From the NCBI GenBank assembly GCA_964016885.1, contig OZ024743.1:259780001-259844000 (forward strand): a stretch of 64,000 bases of DNA, written 5' to 3'. Every line of letters begins with the position of its first letter. Position 1 is the first letter of the stretch. Made by a program: the position numbers and the translations under genes. A model generated the notes under the pieces. The model did no database searches. It was not told the origin of the DNA and was given only the letters and a program-made list of their open reading frames with translations. Of this stretch, positions 1-12,380 are shown in pieces. Source of the stretch: Eledone cirrhosa. Lineage: Eukaryota.

Positions 1-524
1 TTTGAGGGTGTGTGTGTGGGTGAGTTATATAGGTGATTACGTAAGAGGATGGTTGAAAAGTTGGTAAATTCCGAAAATGTTTAGTGGATTGGTTGTTGGT
101 CAATTTCTGCGTGTGGGTATTCCATGAAGCGATGGTCGGAAGAGGAGAGATGTGGGGTGCGCGCGCAACAGGAAGTGGTCAGCAGTGGGAGTGCTGTGGT
201 CTGTTTGTGCTGGGAGGTGGTCAGAGGGCATATCAGCAGTCGGTGGAATGGTAAAGGGGCGAGGATGGGTTGTGTGAAAGTTGGAGTGAGGAGGGTGTGT
301 GTGTGTGTATTAGTAGGGGTGTTAGTGGGATGAGTGAGTGTGGAGCGAGGGTGTGGGTGGAGCGGGGAGAGAAGGATGTGTGTGGTTCTATGGAGGGAGT
401 GTGGTGTACTGGTGTGTGTGTAGTTTGATGAAGAGGTGTTAGTGGGTGTTAGTATACGGAAGGTGGGGAGGGGTTGAATGCAGGTGTGAGTGGGGGTTAG
501 TGGTGGTAGGGTGTGTAGAGTTGG

Positions 525-544
525 TATATATATATATATATCTA

Positions 545-605
<61 letters not shown>

Positions 606-609
606 ATAT

Positions 610-659
<50 letters not shown>
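525..659. repeat. (TA)n microsatellite, one of many such tracts (e.g. 17755-17865, 33165-33235, 36803-36875, 42013-42095, 51450-51640, 52450-52568)
   Basis: Direct dinucleotide repeat; source of the spurious YIYI ORFs. Confidence 0.98.
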
Positions 660-663
<4 letters not shown>

Positions 664-974
664 AATGGCGTCTGCGTGATTGCACATGGGTTACATATGA
701 ATAAAATTAGTTCTTCATCAGTGATCTTCCAGCCTTCATTGGTATTTCTTCGCTTTAAAGATCATATACCTCTGGTTGGTTCGAGCAATAACTAAAGGAA
801 GTTATTGGGACACGTAAAATGGAGTGAAGCGAGTGAGACATGCAAACAAATAAAGATGGTAATGGAACGGAAAGATAGGAAGAGAAACAAGTCCGTGATA
901 TCTGTGAACTTAAGTTATATATATAATACACACACATATATATTAAATATGTAATAATAATGTTATCAATAATA

Positions 975-1140
975 ATAATTGTTTATATTTTAGGCACAAG
1001 GCCAGCAATTACTCCAGTGCATTACTGGACTTTATTTTATCGACCTCGTAAGGATGAAAGGCAAAGTTAGCCTCAGTGAGATTTGAACTCAGACCGTAAA
1101 TGGACGTAATTCTATGTTGCAAAGCATGGCGTCCGACCCT
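975..1140 (-). mobile_element. tRNA-derived SINE, family A (octopus-type), 5'-truncated
   Basis: Reverse complement contains B-box-like GAGTTCAAATC and the body CTTTGCCTTTCATCCTTACG.GGTCGATAAAATAAAGT shared with more than 10 copies in the window; ends in (ATT)n. Confidence 0.88.
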
Positions 1141-1194
1141 ATGATGATGATGATAATAATAATAATAATAATAACTATAATAATAATAAAAAAA

Positions 1195-3200
1195 ATAGAC
1201 CTATCACATGTCTGTCCGTAATGTGGAAACTGTTGACAAGCATTATGTCTGAGGAAATCTACCATCACCTCCACATAAACAACTTGTTACCGGACGAACA
1301 GAAAGGATGCCGAAAGAAGTCCCGTGGTACAAAGGACCAGTTACTTATTGATAAGATGGCAATGAGGAATTGCAAGAAAGAGGAGACACACTGGTCTTGA
1401 CATGGGATGGATAGACTACAAAAAGGCATTTGACATGGTGCCCCATTCTTGGATCACCAAAAGCCTAGAGATCTTCAAGGTGGCAGATAATATCAGACAG
1501 TTGTTGGGCAAAAGTATGAAGTCCTGGAAAACAGTGTTAACATCAGTTGGAGAATCCTTGGAAGGCGTGACGATCAAGAGAGTTATCTTCCAGGGAGATA
1601 GTCTGTCCCCTCTGTTGTTTGTCCTTGCCCTGATGCCCCTGACCATGATACTGCGAAAAGTGAGAGCAGGATACAAGTTGGGAAAGGGAGAGCTTACCAT
1701 CAATCACCTCCTCTTCATGGACGATCTTAAGCTCTTCGGGAAGAGTGAGGAGGAGTTGAATGTGCTTGTTGACACTGTCCGTATTTTCAGCAATGATATA
1801 TGTATGCAATTTGGTATTAGTAAGTGTGGAGTCCTTGTGATGAAGAGGGGATAAATTGAGCAGAAGCAACGGAATCCAGGTACCAACAGGTGAGATGATA
1901 AAGGAAATTGACACTGAAGAAGGATACAAGTATTTGGGTGTTCTGGAGGCTGATGACATCAAGAACAAAAAAATGAAGGAATTTAATAGATTCGGAGAGT
2001 AAGGAGCGTATTAAAGTCACATCTGAACAGTAGGAATGCCATAAGAGCAGTAAATTCCCGAGCTGTGTCTATTATTAGGTACAGTGTGGGAATTCTGAGA
2101 TGGAATGTTGCTGAACAAAAAGAAATGGATAGGAAGACTAGGAAGCTATTGACTATCTACAACATGTTCCACAAGAGGAGTGATGAGATAGACTCTACTT
2201 AAGGAGATCTGAAGGTGGAAGAGGTCTTATCAGCATAGAGGACTGTGTTCAGATGGAGAAAAACAACCACAAATACGTGACTGATAGTAAGGAGCCAATG
2301 CTCAGAATTGTACTGAAGGAGAGAACAATAGACCAGGGGATGTCCAAGGAGGAAATAACAACAAGGAGAAAGAGCAGCCTTCATGAAAAATCCCTTCATA
2401 GTACCTTCTTTGAGAAAACTGAATTCAGAGATCCACAGACATGGAACTGGTTGAAAAGAGGAGATCTTAAAAAGGCTACAGATGGAATGCTAATGGCTGC
2501 GCAAGAGCAGGCCCTCAAAACGAAGTGGCTGAAACACAATATGTACAAGGAGGAGGCTAGCCCACTGTGCAGGATCTGTGGAGAGAGACAGGAGACTGTG
2601 GCTCACATTGTATCCGAGTGTAAACACCTAGCCCAGACTCACTATAAGGGCTGGAGACATGATGTGATGGGCAGGGTGATCCACTGGCACCTATGCAAAG
2701 TAAACAATTTACCACATTCTGAGAAGTGGTATGAGCGTAAGCCAGAGTCGGTGATAGAAAACGATCAGGTGAAGGTGCTTTGGGATTTTAGGATACAGAC
2801 GGACAAGAAACAGACCTGGTGGTTTTGGACAAGGAAAAAAGATCGTGCCTGATTGTGGATGTGGCCTGCCCATTCGACACGAGAGTGAAAGAGAAGTAGA
2901 GGGAGAAAATTAACCGATACCAGGACTTAAAGTGGGAGGTAAAAAGGATTTGGAACTGCCATGAAGTCAAAGTGGTCCCGATTGTCATAGGCGCACTAGG
3001 TACTATCTCAAAAGGTTTCCAGGGATGGTTAAAGAAAATTGGCCCCGCCACGCTTTTTGGAACACTTCAAAAGGCATGCTTGCTGGGAAAAGCAAGAGCC
3101 CTCTGATACGTCCTGAATATCTGAGGCTGCAGGTAGTGGCTTGATATTCATTTCAACAAAATTTCCAGTTAACTAACATCAATGACTGGGACTCAAAGAA
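1195..3200 (+). mobile_element. R4/Dong-type non-LTR retrotransposon (RT, CCHC knuckle, restriction-like endonuclease), 5'-truncated and frameshifted
   Basis: RPITCL, IDYKKAFDMVPHSWI, QGDSLSPLLF and HLLFMDDLKL (RT); CRICGERQETVAHIVSEC (CCHC); WDFRIQTD..DLVV..DVACPFD..KINRYQDLK (RLE). Flanked on both sides by (AAT)n, the known target type of Dong elements. Confidence 0.9.
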
Positions 3201-3480
3201 CAATAATAATAATGATAATAATAATAATAATGCTTTCTTTATTAACCACAAGGGTTTACATAAAGTAGACGTTAAGGACAGTACAAGACAATACAGGACG
3301 GTACAAATGGGCATTTCTGCGTGTAAAAAAAAGGAACAGAGTATGTAATAATAGAACAATGAAAAAATTCCCCAACTGGGGGGAGACTTCCGAGGGAAAT
3401 TTGTGGAGAAAGCCCATTAAAAGGCCACAGTGACCCTGACCACCAGGGCAAGTGCCCTCTCCCAGTTTTCCACCTTTAAT

Positions 3481-6400
3481 TTACAGACACATACTCAGAG
3501 TAGGCCCATTCACTCGGGCCATTCTTGCATCTCTCACCCATCTTTCAACAAAATGCTGGGAAGAAAACACTTCCCTTTCTACCCTGACTTTCCTTTTCAA
3601 ATGAAATTTGAAAAAGTTAATCAGGGCATCACCGAAGAGGTAAGTGCTCGTCTTCAGCCCTTTCAAACGTGTCCACCAAACTATCTCTTTCGCCATGGCC
3701 ACCAAACAGATAAAAACTGCCTGCCCTTCGCGGCTAAAGGAAGAGGGCGGGGCAATCCTCACGATGGACTCAGATGATAGCTGGATCCGTCCCACACGTG
3801 ACAGCAGGTTTTCGACATAAACCCACAAGTCAGGAATGCTCGGACACTGGACGAGAGGCGTGCAGGACGGTTTCCTCGCCTTGCGCGCATCTCCGACATG
3901 CCCGGCTGACGGCACCTCCATGCCTGTAGAGTTTATCCCGAACTGGCAAAGCTCCTCGGTAGCACTGCCAGGCCAAGGATTTCTGGAAGTTGTCCATAGG
4001 TCCCGGCCCGAAAGTTCTTCCGAAGAGATTGGCTAGTTGATTTTCGTCGACGCCTAGAGTTTCCCCAAGTACGTCGTCGCTCATTCCCTCCACTAATCCT
4101 CTATAGAACGCCAAGGTGGAGTTTCCATCGATCACATTGCCCGATTGGTCGAGGACTGTGAGCGCCTGAACATTCCAGTCTCCAAGCGCTCCCTCTCGGT
4201 CTTCGCTTGACCCAGGACTGCAGCTCCGTCAAGGAGACGAGCTGGGGAAAGACGCGTCTAGCAAACGGCGACCACACCTGATCACCGTCGAGGAAGAGGT
4301 GGAGATGTAGCCTGAGCGCGTGTCTGCGCATCATCTGCCACGGCATACTCAGCCCTCCACGTAGCGGGTTTTGACAGCAGATGGACTTCCTGACCATAGG
4401 AGCGCGTCCCTTCCACAAAAAAAAGAAAGAGCAAACGCTCCAGTGCAGTCAGGCGAGGCTTAGGACAAGGCACGACGGTCAGGCGGTAGTAGATGACGGA
4501 CGCGATATATGCCACCTCCGCTCGACCTTTCAGAGATAGCTTCCTCTCCGCCCATTTCTGGGTGAGAGAAGCCACCCTGCACGTCACCTCGTCCCAGTTT
4601 TTGTCAGTCTGGAGGTCCGGACCGAACCAGACCCCTAGCAATTTAACCGGTCCCTCCGTCCAGCGCCCGATGACGCTGTTGGACAGCATGGTCCTACCTC
4701 TCCAGGTGCTGAGCTGCAGGCCCAACGACTTTTCCTGGTTGATCATTGGTCCTGTCAGCGCTTCGCATTCTCTTAGTCTAGTGCCGATCGCCTCGATGTG
4801 TTTGGCGATCGACACCACTACGGTGACATCGTCCGCATATGCTGACACGGATCTTCCGCATCCTAGTTCGCGTGGGACCCTCCTCGACGACTCCAGTTTG
4901 TGCAGTAATGGTTCGAGAGTCATTTTGTACGAGAGGGACGAAAGGGGAGATCCTTGGCGGACCGAGCGCATGATGTTGAATGGTTCCGAAAGGTGACCGA
5001 TGACTCTCACGACAGAGCAGATGTCGCTGTGCTTGGCAGCGATCCAGTCTCTGAAGACGGGCCCAAAGCCAGCCGCCTTCAGGACTGCCGCTAGATAATG
5101 ATGGTCGACTCTATCGAAATCTTTCGACTGATCTAAATTGATCAAGGACCCACCCGTGCCAGATTCCCTAGCTACCATCTCCACGATGTATCGCATGAGG
5201 TGGAAGTTGTCGTGGATGGATCTGTCGGCAATGGTGCATGTCTGCGCCTCTCCCACCAGACCACCAACGACAAGCGCCAACCTCTTTGCTAGCACCTTGG
5301 CCAAAAATCTTGAACTCTGTGTTTAGCAGATTTATGGGCCTGAAATTATCTATATTATCCCCCTTGTTCGGATACTTTACCTGCAGCGCCACCGCTCCTC
5401 AGCTCACAGAGCTGGCAATTCTCCCGTTCCTTTGCCAGTTGCAGTAAATGTCCGCCAAGAGGCCTCCGAACAGTCTGGCATCTGTACGTTAAGTTCATAG
5501 GGCAGACCATCCAAACCAGGTGATTTACCCCTTGTTTAGCCAGTCATTGCCTCCCGTACTTCAGCTGATGTTATCGGTTTTCCGCACCACTCCGCCTCAG
5601 TGGCTGAGAGCCGCAGCAGTCAGTCGAAATAAACACTAAAGTCCATCCCTCCATCCGGCCCGCCGCTGCCCCCGAACAGCTGAGCGAAATGTCGCTGAAC
5701 AGCTTCACACATTTGCCCGGGATCGAGTAGCATGCGCCCGTCGTGGTCCACCAAATACCGGATTGTGGCTTTGTTGCTACGACGCGCCTCCGCCACTCCG
5801 GCCCATTGAACGGCTTTCGTCCCCTCGTGTCTGAGAGCACGCACCCTAGCTCTGACAACGCAGCCTTCGTGCTTTGCATTGAAGAATTGGTAAAGGGCCA
5901 ATTTCGCCGCAAGTACGTCGGTCGCGATGCCTTTGCTAAGCGCCTCGTCTAATTTTCTAACTAGTTCTCCCTCTGCTCTATTTTTCTCTATTGCTAAAGC
6001 CTTACTAAACCTAATGGACTCTATTCTAATCGCTCATTTCAGAGCAAACCCCCACTTGTTGTTGTCGATGGCCCCCGTCAACGCCCGCTCAACTAGTTCG
6101 CTAATCCGGTCTCTATAGGACTTGCGGCCTGGTAATGACGCGTTTACCTTCCAGTAGCCAGGTCCTTGTCTATGAAGCCTATCTAAGTCAACCACACAGA
6201 TCACGAATTTGTGGTCCGTGTAGCTGACTATTTTGAATTGTGGACAGCCTATGCTAGACCTATCTATTTCCCTACAAAATGCTCTATGTAGATATGATCT
6301 GGATGACCCGATTCGGTTTGTCCAAGTCCACATTGGCACATTCGGGAAATCCAATCGGTACCTGTCAGACAGTTCAAAACGCCTGAGCAGGTTGGTGAGG

Positions 6401-6891
6401 CTCTTGCACCCTCCTCCCCTACCCGCTAATCCCACACAGTCTCAGCGTGCATCTAAGGATCTCGTTCCAGTCGCCCAACAAAACTAGAGAGCGGGACGTT
6501 CCAAGAAAGGTCTCCAGACGCCGGAAGAAATCAGGCCGCCCTGCTCCTGTCGGGGAATAGACGGCCACTAGCCTGAAAGCTTGCCCATCTCCGCTGGTCA
6601 CGTCCAGCACCACCAACTTACCGTCTGGGTCCAGGAAGATGGCCCGTATAGCGAGATCCAAACACTCCGAAAAAGCACAGCAACTACTTCCCCCGATCCA
6701 GGACGGCTGGGAGATGCGTACACATCGTAGCCGCCGAAGATCGGTGCGAAGGCCCGTGCTTCGGAGATTCTGGTCTCGCTGATTGCCACTACATCTATGT
6801 TTAGTGACCTGAGGATGTTGAGCAGGTGGCCCTGCTACCATGACGACCCCAATCCACGCGCATTTATGCTGCATATTCTGAGGGAGGTCAT
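3481..6891 (-). pseudogene. LINE ORF2 (AP endonuclease + reverse transcriptase + C-terminal Cys motif), several frameshifts and stops
   Basis: Starts MTSLRICSINARGL; AISETR, LVLLGDWN, SYTDHK, GPGYWKVN (APE); FRPINLLNTEFKI, LDQSKDFDRVDH, SVRQGSPLS, SAYADDVTV (RT); CRRCAQGEETVLHA. Confidence 0.92.
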
Positions 6892-6930
6892 GTTGAAAAG
6901 GAGTAGAAAAGATGGGAAAAACCACTTACC

Positions 6931-8389
6931 TTACTTTTCGTAGAGGAAGGATGGAGAAACCATCCTTCTCACAGCTTGTGGCCTCCTCCGGAAGGATGTC
7001 CTTATAAATCCTCCTGGAGAGTGCTTGTCGGAAGTCTCCGATGTCTTTGGGGAATTTTTGCTTTAGTGTCGTCTACGTTTTCTGTGTGATGCGAGTGATT
7101 TGTATGTGTGGAGGTGGTGTGAACTTTTGGGTTGTTGTGTAGTCTTTTTCTGTGATGCTGGTGTTGTGTTGGATGTAGTGTAATAATTGCTTGTTGTTCA
7201 AATTTAATGCTGTGTAGTGTGTATCGTTTTGGTTGTTTTGTTTTGTTTGCGTTTGCGTTTGTTGTGGGTTTGTTTCTGTTGAGCTTTTTGGTGATTTTTG
7301 TGGTGTTGGGGTTAATGATGGTGATGGTGTTGGTGTTTGTGGTGATGGTGTTGGTGATGCTGGTGTGGATGGTGGCATAGCTGTCCTAGCTTTTTTGTTT
7401 GTTAGTTTATTTGTTTCCCCCTGTATTTTGTTTTGGGAGGGGAAGGAAGAGGATTTTTTTTCTTTTTTGGGGTTCTTTTTCTTTTTTGCTTTTTTCCTGA
7501 TAGTTTCCCACTCCTCGTCGTCGTCACAATCTGTCTCCAGTTGCGATAGGTCGAGGAGTGGAAAATCCTCCACAGGCGTTGGTTTTTGTTGTGGTGTGGT
7601 GGATGGTGGAGGCGCTGGTGCTAGTTCTGGCGCGATGGGTGTTGGTGGTTTGGTTTTGTTACTGTTGCTGGGGTTGTTGCTGGGGTTGTTGCTGCTACAG
7701 TTGCTTCTGTTGTTGCTGCTACAGTTGTTGCTGCCATTTCTGCTGCTGATGGTGTTGATGGTTGAGTCACTGGGGTGGGTAAGAGAGGTGGCCTCAACTT
7801 TTTAGCCTGAGGACAAACAACACACCTAGGTCTTCTACCCTCAACGATTATGGTGAGGTGGCTTCCGTCAGTGAGGTCTATCACCTCTGGAATTTCCTAA
7901 ACGCTTTTTTGGTCCGGTTGGATCAGGAGGTTCATTCCAGATCCGGACCAATTCTCCTGCTTTTCTTTTGTTAATTTCAATTATTTTCGTGTTGACCTCG
8001 ATGCCGGCGAGGACGGCAGCCATTAGCCAGAGAATTTCGATGGCTGGTGGAACGTCGGTCACCCTGATCTTCACGAGTCTCTGGCCACAATAGCTTGGGA
8101 CGAGTGTGAAGTCGTCGCTTCTTAATGAGGCCATGGAGTGCTCTCTGGCTTCCTGTGGTGTTCCAAAGAACACGTCCACGGTTCCATATTTCTGCCCACG
8201 TATGATGTGGGTTTTGTTCACCCACACATGTCCCAAAGCTTTTTGTATTTGGGACTCGGATGCCCGTTCCACTCGGCGTGATTTTCTGTTTATCGTCCGA
8301 TAAGAGACGGTGCATAGGCGCCGATGCTCCATTTTATTGGTGTATGTGTGTGTGTGTGTGTGGGGGGGGGGGGTTGGCCTTGTACCCAT
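6931..8389 (-). pseudogene. LINE ORF1-like (gag/RRM-like, Cys knuckle remnant, Thr/Pro-rich tail), frameshifted
   Basis: Consecutive minus-strand ORF pieces 7868-8389, 7621-7884 (IIVEGRRPRCVVC) and 7073-7573, ending about 40 nt before the ORF2 ATG. Confidence 0.6.
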
Positions 8390-9109
8390 ATTTTTTTTAC
8401 CATTCTCTTGGCTTCATTTAATTCATCCTGGCTTACCTCGATTGTTTCTTGGCTGCTTTGGCAAATTACACATTTTGCTTCGCGGTGGTGTTGATGTTGT
8501 TATTCTCAGTGTTGTTGTTGTTGCTGTTGTTGTTATTGTTATTTTTAGTTTCAGTTGTGGTGGAGGTGGTGTTGGTGTCAGTGGTGTTCCGCGTGGAAGA
8601 GTCGATTCTGGGTGAATCCATTTCGATGTCACGAGATAATAATTTATTTTGGGGGGTTTCTGTCGCTGTGGTGGCGGCTTTAACACCTGCAGTTATTGGC
8701 AATAGCGGGAAATCCATGTCTTTATGCGGCAATTCTAAATAATTCAAACTGCTATTAATTATATTTTCAGTGTTGGGAACCGTAGCAAGGCTTACAATGG
8801 TGTTGGTGTTGGTGATGGTGGGGGAGTGTGTGTGTGTGTGGGGGGGGGGTCTGTTAAAAACAGTAAATATGTCGTCCATGTTTTTTTTTTCAAAGAAATA
8901 TTTTGTTTGATAAATAAAAAGTTTAAGTTTTGGGCTTAAGGCCCCAATATTTTTTTGTGTCCTTTTCAGAAAGCAATATATGTGAACTTATAAACACTTA
9001 ACATCAACAATTTGCCATAACTGGCAATTTGAAACAATTGAAAACAACAAACCTTTGCGGAGCTCACGATAATACGATTTCCTACGTAGGCCGCCAATAA
9101 TAATAATAA

Positions 9110-10695
9110 TATTTTTACATTGGCCACAATGTCAGACATATAGGGCACAATACAAAAACAAGGATAATGGAGGTTTACATGAAGATGAGCAAAAAGAAAC
9201 CAGATAACAATAAAATTATAGCAATGAAAATTCCCCAATAGGAGGAGTACCACCCAGCTAACTTAAACTACCCTAGTCCCCAAGAGAACCCTAGAAGGGC
9301 ATCCATTTCCTCTCAAAAAATTCCTGTCTAATATTGCATGGTCAGTAACACGGGCTATCCCCGCTACATTCACCCACCTTTTAACAAATGTACTGAGGAC
9401 AACGCTTCGCTCTCCACCCTCACATTCCTTTCGAAGAAGGCTTGGCCGAAGAGGAAAGTGTCTTTATTCAGTCATTTCAGCCGCGTCTATCGCACAACCT
9501 CTTTTGCTACAGCCACATGCAGAGGAAAACTACCTGCCTTTCCAGACCAAAAAGAAGGCGACGATGTTGTCTTCACGGCGGAGTCGGTTGACAGCTGAAT
9601 CCGTCGTACACACGATAATAGCAGTTCGTCAAAACTCCACAAGTCAGTAATGCACGGACACTGGATGAGTGCGAGAAGAACGGTTTCGTCGGTCTGCATG
9701 CATCTCGGACAAGTCCGTCTGACCGCACTTCCGTGTTTCTAGAGAGTATCTAGAGCCAACAGTGCTCCTTGGCAGCACTGCCAAGCCAGGGATTTCTGGA
9801 AGTTTTGCATAGTCCCTGGCTCGAAAGTTCTTCGTCGATACACAGAACCTCACCGAGAAAGTCGTCGCACTTGTCTACCCCCCATTCTTGTGTAGAAAGA
9901 GCTCCAGTGCAAGTTACACTGACTGCATTGCCCGACTTGTAGAGAGCAGTGAGCATCTAGCAACATTCCAGAAGCTAGTCGCCCAGTTTCAGTCTTCTTT
10001 TAACCCATGACTGCAGCTCAGTCAAAGAGACGAGCTATGGAAAGACGTTTTTACACAAACAGCGACCACACTTGTTCAACGTTTACGAATATCTGGAGAT
10101 GCCGCAGTCTCAGCCCAAGGTTTGCGCATCATCAGCCAAGCCCTCCAATTAGAGAGTGGCGCCAGCTGATTGCTGACTCACCGATGGATTCTGCTCCTTC
10201 CACATGAAGTTGAAGAGCGGGTGCTCTCATCTGGTGAGGTGTAAAATGACTCAAGGCACGACGCACAGGCGGTAATAGATGACGGATGAGATTTACGCGT
10301 TCTCAACCCGTCACCCGACATTTCAGGGTTAGCTGGCTGTCGGCCCATTTCTAGGTGAGTGTGGCCACCCTGCTCGGTACCTAGTCCCAGTTCTTAGCCA
10401 CCGATGACATTGTTGAACGGTATGAATCTGCCTTTCCATGTGCCGAGCTGCAAACTCATTGACTTTTACGGGTTGATATTTGCTTGCATCAACCTTTCAT
10501 TTTCATCTAAGAAAGAAGTTGGTGACACCATCTTTCCAAACTGGTCGTCACCATCAGAGTGACGTTGTCGGCATGGACCGAGGCAGCCCGTCTAACTCCC
10601 GGTTCGAGAAGGATGCCCTGCAACAGCTCCCCGTTCCCCAGTAATGGTTCAAGTATCAATGCGTACAGAAGAGAAGAGAGAGGACATCCTTGATA
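9110..10695 (-). mobile_element. Second, older Tx1/L1-type LINE fragment (RT C-terminal part and 3' end)
   Basis: QGCPLSSLLYALILEPLL, VHADNVT and CMQTDETVLLALIQCP; colinear with 3300-4960; ends at (AAT)n 9096-9110. Confidence 0.85.
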
Positions 10696-11697
10696 TCTAA
10701 TACTGTGTATGCCTTCTTTCATTATGTTTGGTTTGTTTATGCCTCTATCACTATGTTTGGTTTGTTGTGTTTGCATTTTATTGGGGGATTTGGCTGGAAC
10801 ATTCCACATTGCTGTAACGTTTTTGTTTATTGTCGGGGCTATCCTTTCTACGGACTGCATCGTATAGTGTTTTGGACACATAATGCCTTATACGTAGTTA
10901 GTACTGTATTAACATCATAAACGTATGTGTGTATGAATTCTGTCTGTGTTGATTTTGTTGTTGCTGTTGTTCTTTTTGTTTAAGCCTAGGTCATCTCTAC
11001 TCGAGCAATCCTATGAATCAAATATTTGCCAGAGTCAACAATTATACATATACGGAAGGGTGGGTTTCATAAAGATTTGCTTGCTATTTATAACAGATCA
11101 AATGACCACGTACAATAGAATTTACCCCATTTGCTTTGGTGTTTAGCATATTGCAGGCCTCGGTAGTAGCACGACAGTTTCTCTTCAACGCTTGTTTCCT
11201 GTAACATGTGGCCATATATGGCGTTTAGGTCTATTGAAATTATTTATTAAGATGCAGCTGCCTTACCTTGTATAGTATTCTTATGTTTGTCAGAAATGAG
11301 TGGGAGAAACAGTGTGTAGGAATTGAATGTATGCTTGGTTGTTTCCTCTCGATATGTTGTGAAATATTTGTGGTGAGAATATTGTTATGTAAATTTCTAG
11401 TGTATTTGTCTTCTGTGTGTGTGCATGTGTGTATATTCGTGTGTGTGTGTGTATTTATGTGTACATGTGTGTGTACGTGCGTGTTTGTGCATTCTGTTTA
11501 GTGAGGTGCTTGATAATGTTTGGTTTATTATACTTTTCTGGTATGAACATGGATTTTGTCTCTACTACTTCAGTCAATTTCTTTGGAAACAGAATTTAAG
11601 TAACTGGTGTAGTCAGGACTGGCGCTACGATTAAGGCCAATTAGGGAGTCACTAAAAGCGAACACTTCAGTGAGGCGCATTACTGAACATTAAATGA

Positions 11698-11886
11698 GCG
11701 GTGGATTGGCAGTATCGGTAGAGGGTCGGATGCCATGCTTTGAAGCATAGAGTTACCTCCCTGTATGATTTGAGTTCAAATCTCGTCGAGGTTAACTTTG
11801 CCTTTCATCCTTCCGGGGTCGATAGAATGAAGTACCAGTAATGCACTGGGTAATTGCTGGCCTTGTGCCAAAAGTAGAAACAATTA
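11698..11886 (+). mobile_element. SINE family A, full length
   Basis: GCGGTGGATTGGCAGTATCGGTAG head, GAGTTCAAATC B-box, tail GGCCTTGTGCCAAAAGTAGAAACAATT. Confidence 0.9.
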
Positions 11887-12134
11887 AATTATCATAGTTT
11901 TATGCATATCTGTATAATTAACTTAAATATATAATAATTTCCTGTTATCAATACATAAATCGTTTAAAGCCTTTGCCGCGTAGCAGCGTTGTGAAAATAT
12001 TCGAAGCAGTGAAGAGGAGCGTATAATGTTATGACTGGTCACATGATTTAGTATGGGTGAGAAGGGGAGAATGAAATGTATTATGAGGAGGAGACGCACA
12101 TTGTAAAGTTAGTCTAAAATCTCTAAAGTCTCTC

Positions 12135-12380
12135 TCAAGCCCGTGGCTCATTAGGTTGTTACTTATCCAGGTTTCCCTGGTGTTAAACGACTGAGATTAT
12201 ATGACACCCTTGGTGATGATGCTAGTTCATCGCAGGTTTAAGCCGCCCATTTACTGCTGGTTTTATTTTTCGTTGAGTGTACTGGAGCAACGTGAAATTA
12301 ACTGTTTTGCCCAAGAATACGATGAAAACCCAGAGCCATGAATCGAACCTGCAACATTGTGATCATAAGCTCAGCACTGT
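12135..12380 (-). mobile_element. tRNA-derived SINE family B, degenerate
   Basis: Shares CTGGAGCAACGTGAAAT.A..TGT.TTGC.CAAG.A.AC with 54540-54580; GGTTCGATTC B-box on the minus strand near 12340-12350. Confidence 0.65.

Larger units (their letters stand above)
3231..8960 (-). mobile_element. Tx1/L1-clade LINE, near full length, decayed
   Basis: ORF1-like region, then APE-RT-zinc-finger ORF2, then a 3' UTR with AATAAA running into (ATT)n at 3200-3231. The 5' boundary is approximate. Confidence 0.88.

Noticed and set aside
1-520. GT-rich start of the window as a possible Penelope remnant
   Set aside because: No convincing protein motif; low complexity.
439-687. [12 protein letters not shown] and ERER ORFs here and throughout the window
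   Set aside because: Translations of (TA)n, (CA)n and (GA)n microsatellites.
6924-6933. AG/GTAAGT splice-donor match on the minus strand
   Set aside because: Lies in the LINE inter-ORF spacer; no matching exon structure seen.
11698-11790. tRNA-like A and B boxes
   Set aside because: SINE heads; no cloverleaf, and always followed by the SINE body.
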